A stretch of 60,549 nt of DNA, counting the filler, from Sphacelaria rigidula (lineage: Eukaryota), in assembly GCA_964200075.2 (NCBI GenBank). It is 6 parts of 6 records of this genome, joined end to end, with 100 filler letters (N's around TTAATTAATTAA, not from the genome) between each part and the next. Parts side by side here need not be neighbours in the genome. Positions count along the whole stretch, not along the records: positions 20,221 to 30,229 come from CAXNAA020007327.1; positions 30,330 to 40,337 come from CAXNAA020007328.1; 4 more parts are not named here. One strand, given 5' to 3'. The stretch's first letter is position 1, and every line of letters starts with the position of its first letter. The translations under genes were made by a program, and so were the position numbers. The notes under the pieces are model-generated. The model was not told where the DNA came from, did no database searches, and saw only the letters and a program-made list of their open reading frames with translations. Below, piece after piece: positions 20,745-34,100 of the stretch.

Positions 20745-23700
20745 GTGGACTACAGCAAGCCGCCTGGCTTTGACCGCGCGCGTAACCGTGAGGTGGGCAA
20801 TAAGGACATCACCCTGGAAACCCTGGAAGAGGCGTTCACCAGCGAGCACTGGATAGTGCGCATCTACAAGGTGAGGAGGGCGATGCACGTGTAATTATTC
20901 TTGTCATTGTTGAACTTTTTACGATGAAACGTTCGCTTCTGTTTCGTTATTGAATTTTTTATTATCATCATCATTTATCGTCATGTTATTAAAGTGTTGT
21001 TTATACTGTTTTTTTGTTGATCATTGCTTGCCATCATAATTTTATTGATTAATTGCTATTATTCTCTACTATTGTCTATTATTGCCCATTATTGCTATTC
21101 TGACGAAAAAAAGGAGCCGGCCCGTCGACTTGGTGCAAATTAATATGGTTCGGCTGTCATCACCAGGGTGGAGAGAACTTGCTTTCGATAATCTATGCGG
21201 TGGGGTTTTTGTCCGAAGTATCTGGTTCTCACCGTCGAAACCTTGAGTAGTACGTGAGGAAGCAAGAGCGATGTTGACTGAGTTTGTTTGACGAGACTTG
21301 TGGCGATGCCCGAGTCCTGACCCATTCGCGAGGCCAAAATGCAAGGCGTGTACCGGGCGGGCTGAGATGGGTCTATCCCTTGATATCTCATGAGATCACG
21401 GACTCGTCCGGAGGAAGGGGAGGGGTGTACTCATGATCATGCATGCCATAGGAAGGGGGGGGGGGGGCGTACTCATTTGTTGCTTGCCTTAGTCGTGTGA
21501 CCATTGACCACGCATCCCTTTCGAGACGGAGCACCGATGCCATAGGAAGGGGAGGGGGTCCTATTCAAAGTGTCACAAATAAACTGTGATTATTATTATT
21601 CATTGTTATTTATGTTATTCATTTGCTCTCTTTGTTCCACGTTCCGGAACGTGTCATTCTTTTTTCTAGTATTCTGGTGGTGTCGTTACCCAAATCTTGT
21701 TGGAGACAGTTTCTGAGTGAAGCAGAAACGAACTACCCAGCGGAGCGCTGAATGGGGCATCCATTATCGACCTGTCTATCATGCCTTTTTTTTTTTCTTG
21801 TCTCGCTTCTCGCTGGCAATCTCTCGGAAGCCCAACCCGTCCTGACAGAGTGAGAAAAGCTGTAGGACCGGTGAAGAGGAATAGACGCTGAGCCATGATG
21901 GTGTTGAAGTATCCAAGTAGCGCGACTGGAAACATGGAGTTAGGATGCACACGGCACTACACCAAGGCCGTGCTAGTTCCCAGTACTCGTAATGCACTAA
22001 CACGCATGCCATCGGAACAGAGCTTATTGGCTTCTCCTTCAATTGTTGTTGTCGGCATCAGGACTCGACCGCTTTCTGCACTGCGCAACATGTTTGTTGA
22101 CGAAATGTCGATGTTGGTCGACTGAACACGGTAGTCTTGCTCCGGGTTGGATCCGATGAGAACTCAATCAGAACCGATTTTTTTCAGCAGTTGCAAGACA
22201 GTCTAAGCAAGACGAACAAACGTTGCGTACACGAACACAACCGCTCCCATTGTAATTTCGTGCGCTTCGGTGTTTCATCGTCTCTCCCTGAACCCAACGC
22301 TGTGCCGAACTCGAGCGCCTGTCACGTCGCTGAGAGAGAGAGAGCTGTTGTATGCGATCGTTAGACAGGGTGCGCCTTTGCTCAGGTGTTCCGCATGTGC
22401 TGTCTAGCGCGGCTGCAATGCGCGGAATCTCGACGTTTTAGCATGAGGCTCTTGTGCTGTCGTTCCATCTATTCTGGACGCCGGTCTACACCTTTCGGTA
22501 TACTGTATGAGGGCGCATCAGCCGGGGTCACACAGGAGGAAGGTCAACACAGGGGCTTTTTTTCTTTTATTTGTTTATGGTACCCCACCTCCCTTCTGCG
22601 GTGCTTGCCTTTATTTTTTTACCGCGAGAGGGGTTCAGCAGTCCCTTTCCCTCGGCGACGGTTGAGTCGAATTTTGTCTACCCACGACATGGTCGCTCTC
22701 CAGTGTTGGGCATGGTGTGAGAAGGAATCCCAGATCGCTCCGAGAATTAAACCCACAACCCAACCGTCAGAAGGTTTCGAGGTCACCAACTGAGCCACCG
22801 GGGCGACCGGTCGGTTTATACACCATCGAATATTCGGTTCTCTGGGCAGCGCGAGCTAGATCAAGAGTACGTTGCTCGGTCAAGTTACCGTTCGTCCTTT
22901 CCGGCTATTTTTGTTGTCTGTGGAGCCACCTGTATCCGAGGCGAGGAAGAGAGGGAGAAAAAAAGTGACCGTGCTCGGAAATCATGTTGCCAATTTTTGA
23001 GTCGAGATACGCTCATCCTTGTTTTCGGGTTTCCATTTACTCCGTTTTTCATAATCCATCTTATCCCCCTCTCCTGCCCGCCGCCAGGTATCTTTTTCTT
23101 TCGCGAGCGTTTCCGCTTTGTTTGCCTCGGGCACTGTCGATCTTCACGGCTGGGTCCCTCTGGGGTTAGTTACTGTGCTACAATCGATCAATCAACCAAT
23201 TGATCACAGGTCGACTAGAACCACGCCGACCTACACGGAATACTTATTCTCTGTAGTTTAGTATTCCCGTTGTAATGAAGGGTGCACGGAATAGTGTTTC
23301 CCAGAGTGTTTCTTTAATTTATTGCACCGTGGATTGCGCTCGGCATCGCCCATGACACAATTTTGGGTTCTGGCCTTTTTTTGTTTTCCCCTTCCGAGAC
23401 AAGCACGCCTTTTTTCATAACACAAATATTTTGAGTGTCTGTCGAGAAATCAGTGTCGGGAAACCGCGACCGCCTTTGAAGGCTGAGCCGAGGGTGTGCT
23501 TCCGGTGTCTGTAACCATTGCTGGTGCCCATACAAAACAAGTGGTGAACGCTCGCTCTCACTGGTCCTACGATATAGCCCCTCTAAACGTGCTCTTTGCC
23601 CATGCCCTCTCGGTCGCATGTTTGAAGCCGTGCAGGCACACCTCGAGAGTGCTTGGATGATGACTATGTCGCGTTGCCCCAAGTCAATTGCACTGTCACA

Positions 23701-26700
23701 GGGATCGGGCGAATCATCAGTGGTTCGAATCACCACATATACGACTTCTAAGGCCTGATTGCTGGAAAGAGGGGAATTTTTTTTTGACCGCGTGTAAGGA
23801 AAAATCCCGTCACGGAAATTTTGAGCTTTTCCATGTACTTGCGTGGGGGTGCAACGCTGAAGACGAAGCCCAAATATTGATTCGTGCATAACGGATTCGT
23901 GCGTAACGAATCAATTGCACAAGAACAAAAAGTCGTTTTCAGCCGAATCATTGTTCGCCCGACCTTAATCCTGTTACTGCCGTACTACAGCCGCACGCAC
24001 GGCATGCCTGTGCAGTCACAAAACGGACGGTACGATTCACTTTTCCAGGGCTCCACGGCTAAGCACGAACACTGCGCGGAAAACCTGTTGTTGTCATGGC
24101 AACTACTGCATAGAGCAGCGTGCACCAAGGCTGTCTGTCTCTGCATCCAGAGTGTTTTACGGCAAGGCAGTGTGCAGCTCCCTTGACAACACCAGCGGCA
24201 AGGCAGCGGGCATTACTCCAAAATCTAAACGTACACTTCCTTCTTCTTGTTGAACAACTTGAACCGTTTGGAAACCCATTGACGGTTTTTTTTGCGAATC
24301 GGTATCATTTTGACGTAAAAATGAGAGAAATCGTCAGACGATTCTCGAAAACAGAGATCGTCAGCGGGTTCCAGAAGGGTTCCGTTTTTGATACCCAAAT
24401 AGCTACTATGGCTAGACTGCGGGGAAGACGATCCATGGGCCTTCTGTAGGGAAATATCATGGCTAAACGATGAATCAATGCAGCCAAAATGGTCACATCC
24501 TTCCCTTCGGGCTTGATGCCCGTGTTTGAGTTTTGCTGGAAATGCCTCTGCTCGATCTGGGACGCTTTTGCGACGATATTGAAACTTGTCCGCTGGAAAC
24601 CCCTCAACTATCAGCCAGTGATACTGTTCCGAGGCGAGGCTCGCAGGCAACGGGTCAGCAGGGAATATCTTGTGCTTTTACCGACCGTGAAACGTCGGTT
24701 TCGTGAAAACGTTCCAATTGATGTGCACATATTTCTGCATGGAGGAATAATTCCTGAGGCCGACTTGACAACAATTTTTATTCCGTTCGTGCAAGTCCCT
24801 TCCCCTTGAACCGATCCACACACTTGATGCACTTAATGCACTTGATACAATTTATATACTTGATGCAATGTACACACTTCATGCAATACAATTCATGTAC
24901 TTGATGCAATTTATACACGTGATGCAGTGCAGTTCATACACTTCATGTCATTCATTCACTTCGTCCAATTCGTGCAAATCATGCACAGGTTCTCCCGCGC
25001 CCAGCCATGGACCCCACAGAGGCCGCGGCTCACCTAGCGGTGATGCCGAGCAAAGTAGGCAAGGGCGTGTCAACCACCGTACCCAAGGCCGAGGATGCCA
25101 GGTATCTCGGGTGCTTCTCGTCTGAGACTTTCTTCGGCGGCAAAGAATACGTTGGGGGTGCCAGTGGGGCCAACTACAACCTTCTCTACTACCACGCCAA
25201 GCAGGTCAGGCAGAGATCAAACACCCGCAAGATCCTCACTCCCTTCTGTTCCCACTTTCTTTTTTGTTTCGCCTGGCGTGGTTTACGGCATTTTTTTTTC
25301 AATATGTTTCTCTTGTCCGTTTTTTTCACGTCTCTGTTCCGTGGGCCATTTTGGTTCATTGCTTTTTGCACATTTCCCCCTCGCGTTTTCTCCCCGTCGC
25401 GAGTGCTGAAAAAAGTGTTTTTGTATACTGTATACCTCACCTTGGGTTCGCCCTTCATGTTGTGGTCACGGCTGGAGTCATCGCGAATCTGTTTTTCAAT
25501 TCGGGGCTACGTATCGGTCAGTTCTGACATCATTTGGCGAATCCTGAAGGTTTCGGAGAATATCATGCTCTCAAAAGGAAGGCCGGCCCAGTGATGGCTG
25601 TGGTCGTGCTTTGCTTGTCTCTGCCGCTTCTGTAAGTTTGGACATGTAGTGTGGAGAACGCGAACAGTTCACGTAAGGTAGATGTCGATCCTCCCGTGGG
25701 GAACGCCCTCCCCGAAGGTTGTTTAGGGAGGAACGCAGGTACAAGCTCTCCGCGTGCTCGTTTCTCGGACCGTTCTAGGGGTACCTTGCTTGCCATAAGC
25801 ATGCAATTGAGAGCAGAGGTGAGGAGAGGGGGAAGGGTGTGCTCATGAATGGTGGATTGGAAAGTCTCTTGAGGTCTGGAGGCATGCCGCGGTTGGGGTA
25901 CGGGGGAGGGCGGGAATCGCCGCCTGAAACAGCCGGTTATAGTGGTGTGATGTGCCCTCAAACCGTGAGGCCCCTGCGTCACTTACAAGGGGCACGTGTT
26001 TTTTTCCGTTCTGTCAGTTCGTTGATCGATTGGTTCGCTGCCACCCCCGCTCTTGCATCTCCGCCATTTTGTTTCGTTTCCATGTGTCATGCACCAATTG
26101 CGTAGAACAACAAACGTTACTTCGCCGTCGCTCGCGCGATTGAGGATGGACATGCCTTCACGTTCGACTACATGGAGCCCAGGGCTCCCAAAGGAGGAGA
26201 CATGCGTCTGGAGGGGTGAGTTTCTTTCGGCCGCAATAATGGATCCTACTTTTGTTCTTGTTTTTTTTTTTCCTCGTTTCTTGGGTAGCCATGAGCACGA
26301 AAACGCCCGTTCACTCGCTTGGATTCGTGAGTGGAAGACTCGTCCCAAATCGTCGAGTATCTTCGCCATGTGTAAGAGTCAGAAGCCTTTTTGTCGTATT
26401 CCAGTTGTTTCCCCAAAATGGCGCGCGTTTGTGTGGCACGGTTTTCCCCCTCAAAACCGTTTGGGTTTTGACTGTGATGGCTCTTCAACATTACGTCTCC
26501 CTCTGTTACGAAACATGAGATCGGTTTGGATATCCCAATTACAAGATCGGTTTATCGTTGAGGGCGTGACAAACGGTGTTTTCGCACCACCTTGTTTTCA
26601 TCGTGTTTGCATCGGTAGTACAGTCAAAGAAATGGCCTTAAACAGGGGATTGTTATTATTCATCCCCTCCCATGGAATCTGTTCCCCTCCGGACAGATCT

Positions 26701-27610
26701 TTTGCAGATCTGATCGTGAGGAAAGAAAAGCGTCGTTTTTTTTCTTAATCACAAGACTAGGTTTTCGCCTGTTTTTTTGTGTAAAATCTCAGCTGTGACA
26801 CTATTTGTAGACCTGCACTTTGGAAACAGAAAAATAACGCTCCCGTTGACCGGGAGAAGATGTGCAGGGTGCCAAAAATTGGGACCTTGTGAGCGAAAAA
26901 AACAGCACAAAGCGGAAAAAAAAATCCGAAAAGGAGAAGGTATTTTTTTTCCCCGCCGAAAACGAGGTGTTCGAGGTGGGAATCGAGCCCCAGCCCTGCT
27001 CTTCCTTAGTCCAACTTGACTTTTCTCGCCAAATATCCAAACCGATCTCATGTTTCGGAACAAGGGGAGTTTATAATTTTCAAATATATGGATAGAATCC
27101 GCTACTGGAAAAACACGAGTCATAGGAAGCCGACCCTGAGCTTCATAAAAACGCGGAAAATGCGCGCAAGGTGATATATCTTGCGCTCGAATTGTCGAAC
27201 AACGGCACTGATTTTGACTAATAGCATTTTATCATATCACCCAACACTTTCCACACGCACACGCACTTACCCACCATTCCTTCCATTCCTTCCATTCTTG
27301 ATTGGCGGGGAGTTCGTGTTTCGATCGAAGTTCGCCTCTATTCTCAGCGGGCCCGGTGTGTTGCCTTGTGTCCTTCGCTTTCTGTCGTTTTGTATTGTAT
27401 CGGGTACGAATACTAAGAAGACTCCCTCGTTTGTCTCTGTTGTCCGTTTTTTTGTCCTTGAATCAATACAGGTGCGAGCGCCCCTGCGGCGACGCGAACG
27501 ACAAGGTGTGCGGCTGTACCGATGTCACTTGCACTGGTCCCACCCCGCCAGGCGAACAGCACAACCGTCGCTGGGCTGTCTACGAGATGCCTCCGCCGAG
27601 TCGCCGTTAG
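20745..27610 (+). CDS. STT3: Oligosaccharyltransferase catalytic subunit STT3, 3' exons, with a C-terminal WSC-like extension
   Basis: Exon 20745-20870 encodes [42 protein letters not shown], the STT3 C-terminal signature. Phase-matched downstream exons are 24989-25204, 26106-26215 and 27472-27610 (stop TAG). Confidence 0.85.
21135..21450 (+). mobile_element. tRNA-SINE family 2 (part A) ending in the first ~30 nt of family B
   Basis: Colinear with 38105-38378 (CAGGGTGGAGA, GTATCTGGTTC, AAATGCAAGGCGTGTACCGGG). Continues into GGGGTGTACTCATGATCATGCATGCCATA. Confidence 0.75.
21443..21552 (-). repeat. Mini family-B unit (94-nt period) between direct repeats
   Basis: ATGCCATAGGAAGGGG at 21443-21458 and 21537-21552. 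The body is near-identical to 44950-45019. Confidence 0.75.
22462..22811 (-). mobile_element. tRNA-derived SINE family 1, near-full copy
   Basis: Minus-strand head CCGGTCGCCCCGGTGGCTCAGTTGG (box A) and degenerate box B GGGTTTAATTC. The 3' part is shared with 18440-18577 and 58478-58545. Confidence 0.8.
24819..24986 (+). repeat. Degenerate 9/18-bp minisatellite (CACTTGATG/CAATTTATA)
   Basis: Repeated CACTTGATG-like units running up to the acceptor at 24988. Confidence 0.75.
26497..27069. repeat. Inverted-repeat-bounded segment (possible MITE)
   Basis: CGAAACATGAGATCGGTTTGGATAT (26509-26533) is the exact reverse complement of 27033-27057. Confidence 0.7.
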
Positions 27611-30229
27611 TATTTGATCAGTGCTTCGTGCACCCGCACTACGGGGCGAACAGGATTCTTATTGGAAATGTTTGGGTGGATCTTCCGTTTCTGTTGGATC
27701 TGGCGGAGTGTGGCGACGTGTTAGCGGGGTTTGTTTCGAAGCAGGTCCCGCGAATCATCTGATGTAGGTGTCGTTGTCGGTGTTGTGTGTGGAGTGAGAT
27801 AGATGGAAGGTCATGTGACAAAGTACACGTCTTCCATGAAAACGAGTGGTATGTGTGACAACATCGGGCAGGAAACGACAACATTGCCGTCATGGGGGGG
27901 GGGGGGCGACAATAGAGCGAACTTGAGCGATGTCGCATGACTTGTTCCTGCAGGAGTGGGATCACTGAGGTATAGCCTGTGGTATGGACGATGACCATCG
28001 ACGTGTGCACCTTCTATTTGTAAGGGAATGAGCGTGTCCGATCTTATTGCATCAGGTCGGCGCCGAGCTCCAAGGATTAGTGGTCGATTGTGGAAACCGC
28101 AGAATATTCAGCGCAATTCTTACGTCTCCAGTCTGATCGTGAGTCTTACCATTTATCGAACCTTGCTGATTGTTCCCTGTTGTGGTAGTGCTCGGATTGG
28201 CGAACCGCGGAATGTGCGAGGTGATTGAGGCATATATACATGAACGAAGGGGAGGGGAAACCCGTCCTCTGTGTGAGACTGTTATGCCCGTGAATGGGGC
28301 CCGATTTTGGGCACTATATATCGAGAAAATGGACCGACCAACTACAGTCAGTTTAATGCAGAAGAAATGAAACCTAAATGCGCTAATCAGGATCAATCAC
28401 AAGTACACGTGTCACTCGAAATGACGATGGCGCTCAAACCAAATGTACTATTCCAATTTCACAAAGTGAAGTTGGTTTCTGTTGCGGGTAAAAACTCGAC
28501 CAAGTGATTTTTTGCGACTTCGTTTTTGCATCAGGATTCTTCCGACCTGATTCTTGCGGTCGTATTCTTGCGATAGTTCTTTTGCTATATTTTTCCACTC
28601 TGAACCCTCTATTGATTTCGTTTTTTTGGGGGTCACTTCGTCAAACGGACACCAAACTCATTCTGCTTCAAGGGGGACCTGGACAAACAGCAGTTGCAGC
28701 TTCCCACCTAGTATCACTCTCCAAAGCGAAGTCTTGAGTAACAACCTCCAGTGTCAGGTACCTATGTACAAGTATGATCAACATCGAGTATCATGCTCCA
28801 AACGTACCTGACAAGGGGGCAACACCTCCGTACAGACAGCAGCAATGCTGGCGGATCTCACGACCTGACACTCTGTGACAGTCTGGCAGCCGGCAAGGTG
28901 GTTGTGGTAGTGTCTTTCTAGCGATATTCCAATTTTCAAATTGGTGTCTCAGGCTACTCCAGATTCGGCATGAAATTTCTGTAACAGAAAACAAGCTCGT
29001 TTTTTTCGGAATACTTCTCAAAAACGAGAACTTTTCGAAAAGACAAGCAGAACTCAACTACTCAAACCATGACCCCATTATATGGAGTACAGGGTACTAC
29101 ACTCAACACAAGACAACACAGCAGTTGTGCAGCATCACGAGAAATCACGCGCCGATTTATCGAGTTTGATGGGGTGGGGAACAAGTGATACAAAAAGCGT
29201 TCCGCACGAGGAGGAGAAGAAGCAACAGCAGCAGTATCAGCAGCATTTTTACTGCCAGTAGATGTACGCGGCTGGGGGTCGGTCTAAGTCAGCCGGTGCC
29301 GATTTGTGTGTACGTCAGCGCTGTTCAGCACGATGACTATCACTCGCGGGGTGCGTGGGTGTTGTCTCACGGTCGAAACACGGACCGTCTACGATCAGGA
29401 GCAGCAGCAGCAGCAGCATCGGCGCCGGTTAATTCAGACCCACCCCCAGCCATGTACATTTACTGGCAACGAATATGCTGCTGATATTGCTGCTGCTGCT
29501 GCTGCTTCTTGAGCGGACGGTCCACGGCACCTGTCAGCACCCCGCACACACACAAGATCTCGGACCTAGTTTGATATTTTGCTGGCGTCTCGTCAGTGGC
29601 TCGAAATTTCCCCCCCAGAGCGGAAAACACCTTATTTTACATTTGGGTGATTTGCGAGTCAGCATCACGCTCAAACGCGAAAATCAAACTAGGCGACGTA
29701 GCTTGGGTGTGTGGGAAGTGCGCGCAAAAAACCGCAGTCCAATTCTCCGCTTCGGTGTTGAGTTGTAAGGGTTGCGCGATCGGCACTTTTGGGTTGAGGA
29801 ATAGTAGCGTCTTTCGAGGTCGAAGATGGCAAATTAAAGAACACCGGTGCGCATTCTTCTTTTCCTGCCGAAGGCAAGTTGTGACGACATGCACTTTGGT
29901 TGCGTGCCCCCAGCCGCTTCTTTGTTCTGTGCGGCTGTGCACAAAGGGCAATTTCGCCTTTCAACGGCGAGTATCCTTTGAAGTGTCGAAGTACAGACGG
30001 AGAGTTGACAGAAGAAAGACAAAGCTGGTGGCTGCCTCATGTCAGGGCTCCAGAGCAGAAGTCAAGGCGTCGAGAGCGATTTTAGCACGAATACGTGCGT
30101 TCCATCTGCTGGCGACCGCGGTCATGTATTTAGTAACTGTCTGTATATATTATTAATAGTAATAACATCCGATTTTATATTTTGGGGTTCATACAACATA
30201 TGGGGCTGAAGTGGCATATCTGTCTTGCA

Positions 30230-30329
30230 NNNNNNNNNNNNNNNNNNNNNNNNNNNNNNNNNNNNNNNNNNNNTTAATTAATTAANNNNNNNNNNNNNNN
30301 NNNNNNNNNNNNNNNNNNNNNNNNNNNNN
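30230..30329. other. Artificial contig spacer
   Basis: Ns with TTAATTAATTAA. Confidence 0.99.
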
Positions 30330-31178
30330 AACACAGTGGCCCCGCACCGCCCGGGTCATAGAGCGCCCCAAATTCCACGAAACAAACCAGGGGTGCAAAG
30401 TCAGACCGTGGCTTTTGCCCCCCCCCCCCCCCGCCCCCTCTTCTCCGATAACCCGGCTGTAAATTGGACATGAAAGAAATGGAAGATAAAACTGTGCTTT
30501 CGGTGTCTGTTTATGTACACGGCCGCTCAAGGGACATAATTCAAGTTGCTACATGAACGCCTTTTGTGAGGGTCAACCCAAGAGGCGCCAGCAAGTGTTG
30601 TCTCACCCCATGCAGGGCAGTGCGATATCGTAACTACTTAGACTTTGGAGAACACTTGGGCCGGAAGACTCGTGAAACGTCGTCAATTTGTGGTCCACAA
30701 TCCGACTAGGCTTGAAGCAAACGATTTGAATCCTTCAGCATAGATTTCCCCGAAGTGTGGGGTGCGCTGGAGGATATAGGTGCCCTACTCGAGAAAGAGA
30801 GGAACCGCAAACAGACGGTTGAAGTAGACGCAAGATTGGCTACATCACATCAACTACACGAAGCTTGAAGCTATGTTGGTTGCATGCGCCATTCAATTGT
30901 CCTCTCTCCCTCCAAACACACCATTGAAAGGAACGGAAGAGAGTTCTCTGTGCGATGAACTAGCAAAAAAAATCATGAAGGTGTGTTGAAAGATTCAAGC
31001 GCTTATAGAAAATGAATTGTAACTTCCGAAACGCGTTCACTATTTGTTTACAAAACTCGCCAATGCGGATCGGAAAATTATGAATACTGTGCGAAAATCA
31101 GAAACCGGCCGACGTTTTGCGGGATGCCAGCAACGTAGCTTAGACTCATATTTGTCACCGCTATTGGTCGACCTTCAG

Positions 31179-34100
31179 GATATTAGGAGAATTGCAGCCA
31201 GCGCGCGCGGCGCGTCCTTCGTCCTGCCGCGAATTGGGGTGGAAACGCTGGGGGCTGCCAACAGGGAATGGGACATGCCAGTCGTGCCCTCTCAGCGTGA
31301 CGTCGTTCGAGGTATGGAGTTTGCGTCGGGTTCGTCGGTGGAGGTGGTGGCGGCGGCGGCGGTAGTAGTAGTGACATCAGCGGCGGCGAAAGGCTGTTTG
31401 TTTGAATGTTTCTGGAAGGTTTCCTCCGTCAGGGGTACTGAAATACACCGGAGAAAGATCGAGAAAATCACGCCGTAGACGCCGTTAACCTACACCATAT
31501 AACGAGCCCGTGGCCAAGGGTAGGGCACACCAATTCAGATGCCCAGTACGAATGTACCGTGCAGATATCGGAACGGCTTTTAATGTGAAGACAACAACAA
31601 CAACCGCAATTTGGTATGGTACGCCGCAGACTCAATTATTTGGGCACATCGATCCTTGCTACGTGGCTCCCGCCTGCACATAGCAATACTGTCAATACAC
31701 AGTGGAAAGGTCAATCTTGAGGCATCCCCGATTTTCAGCGAACACGCGTCTCCTCCTTCCGGTAGAAAATAGCGGAACTAATGCCGGGCGAGCCACTACT
31801 GTATATCAACCGACCCCCCCCCCCCACCCCCCTCCTTCACGCAAATCAGAACTACAAAGCCTGGAGAAGTGGCTGGCACGCGGGGGCGTCTGGGCCACAC
31901 AACCGGTACTGGCACTATTGACGGCTTGCGGTTCGGCCGTGCCGACGGGCTCAGAAGCAAAAACTGCTGACGAAGGGAAAAAGATAAAGGGGCAGCGACA
32001 GCAGAGGACGTCCGCACCGTGGAAGGGGGAGTTGGTGAACCCTTCAGACTATCCCACGGATGAAGCTCTGTCAGAGATGGTTGACAACTACGAAGCTCTC
32101 CTTTGTTGGCTGTATCTGCCCGCAGGTATGGCTCGAGGTTTCAGCGGCAGCATGTCGTTTTGTGAACGAAACGATTGAATAATACATGAGTCGTTGATTG
32201 GATCACCAAGGCTAGCATACAGAGTAGTAACTTGATATTATGAAAATGTATTCCTCGCCGTCATGTTGGCTACGCAGCGGATGCTCTTTATCCTGTGATA
32301 TGCTATCCTCTTTCATATTTATTAAACCATCACCTTCCGCAGGGCGACTCCGTACCCTTGAGCGATCAAGCCGCCTCTTCCTCGGGGCTTGGCCAGGGAT
32401 CTAAGTCGAGCATTGGCATTCCCACACTTCTTCAACTTTTATCAAAACACTCCCGCCTACTCGCGTCCTCCAGTTTTCAGACGCCGGGTACTATTGACAC
32501 TAGATTCAACCTATTAGTGTCGGGATTCGAACGAACGAAGCCGGCTCACGTGGTCGTCAATGTATTGTAGTACAAGTCTAAAGCCTTCGCATTGACTAAA
32601 TCCCGATTGTTTTCGCAGATGACTTGTCACCTTCACTTGAAAATGTGAGAGGCGGTAGGCGTTAGAAAAATAAGCAGGTCGTGTGCGGGACACGTTACCC
32701 CATATTTTGTTGTTGGAACAATACCGAGTAAAGCCCCATTCATGGACGGGGTGTTGTTGACAGTATACGCCCCAAAAACACGTGTTTTCAGCGGTAGCGT
32801 AATAGATATCGAGAAGTAAAAACGCAAAAAAAAATAATGTCAAAACGATCCGGATTGGTCATGTCAAGCGAAAATGTCAGGGAGCAAAAACGGGGGCTGT
32901 GCAGTCGTAGGCTTCCAAACGACCAGTGAGTCCGTAACTCGTTGAAAATTGTAGCCCGTGGCTGCCTCCGGAAGTGACGATATCAGAAAACTCAGGAACT
33001 CATTAGAAGCTGTCGTTCATAGGCAAGATAGTTTACACGATTCGGGCCGAATAATCTCGCCAGGACGCAGATCACCTCTCACGCGCCTCGCCCAACACCT
33101 GACGGCTCTTCGCGCTTGTAGAGTTTGAGCCTGGTCCGGCGAAAACCGGGCGTGCTCCGTCCCGGCTTGAGAAGTCAATGATCTTATGACTATGGCATGC
33201 CTGATCATGAGTACAAGCCCTCTCTGGTAGGGATCCGTGCTAACATGATTGGACACCATTAAATCGGGAATGATACTGTTATTTCGTCTTCGGTTTGTAG
33301 CACATGCACAAAAGTATCTTCGCCGACCGGTACACACAGGAACGGAATCCGTCGGCAAAGACTCTCACGACGATACCGCCGAGCGCGCCGCCGGTGGTGG
33401 AGACGCACTTTCCTGCTTCGTTGCTTACCGTGACGAAGGCAAATTGCTTTCTGCTGGTAGCGACGGTGATGATGGCGAGGCCGGCGTGGAGGGAGGCGAG
33501 GAGCAAAACCCCCCCGGATGGAGGGATACAAACGGGCAAGCCGCCGACCTCGAGAGGAAGCGCGCTGCCATCCAGGTGAGCCGCTCGATTAAAAACACGA
33601 ATCTCGACCCGAGCACTACCCGTCAATGACACAAGGGTGGGTACAGGGTGTCGGGTAAGAGCAGTGCTAGATAACTGCTCGCCCGTGGACAATGGTGCAC
33701 TGCTTGTAAAATTCAATTGAGTGACTGATTGTTACAGAATGACGGATCCGCTACGAATCCACCTGTATTCACGGGATAGACTTATCCCGAGGAAAGCCTT
33801 CGGTAGAGTTCGTCGAAGGAAACTTTGCAAAGAAGAGTGATTAACTGCAATGGACAAGGGTGAGACAAAACAAAGTGACGCAAATGCCAAGGTACGCATT
33901 TAGAACGATCTCCAGGTGACCCCCGACAGCCCCCTGCCAGAGCCGGGTAGGTTCAACGGGCTATAAAAAACAAGGAATCATTGCCGTCGACGTAGATTGC
34001 TATCCAGCTCCCTGGAGACGATACCCCTGCAAAAAATTCTCAATCATCAGCTCGACGATAAACAAGAAATAAAAATGACGGGGAACAGGGAAAGCGCAAG

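Noticed and set aside
21413-21450. U1 snRNA, twister-sister or HDV-like identity of family B
   Set aside because: Only short scattered motif resemblances; the required pairings and motifs could not be completed by eye.
24225-24832. Overlapping 70-140 aa ORFs in the STT3 intron
   Set aside because: No recognisable domain or consistent splice pattern.
29219-29505. CAG/CTG runs suggesting a polyQ or polyA protein, or a hairpin
   Set aside because: Short simple repeats typical of this kind of genome; no supported exon.
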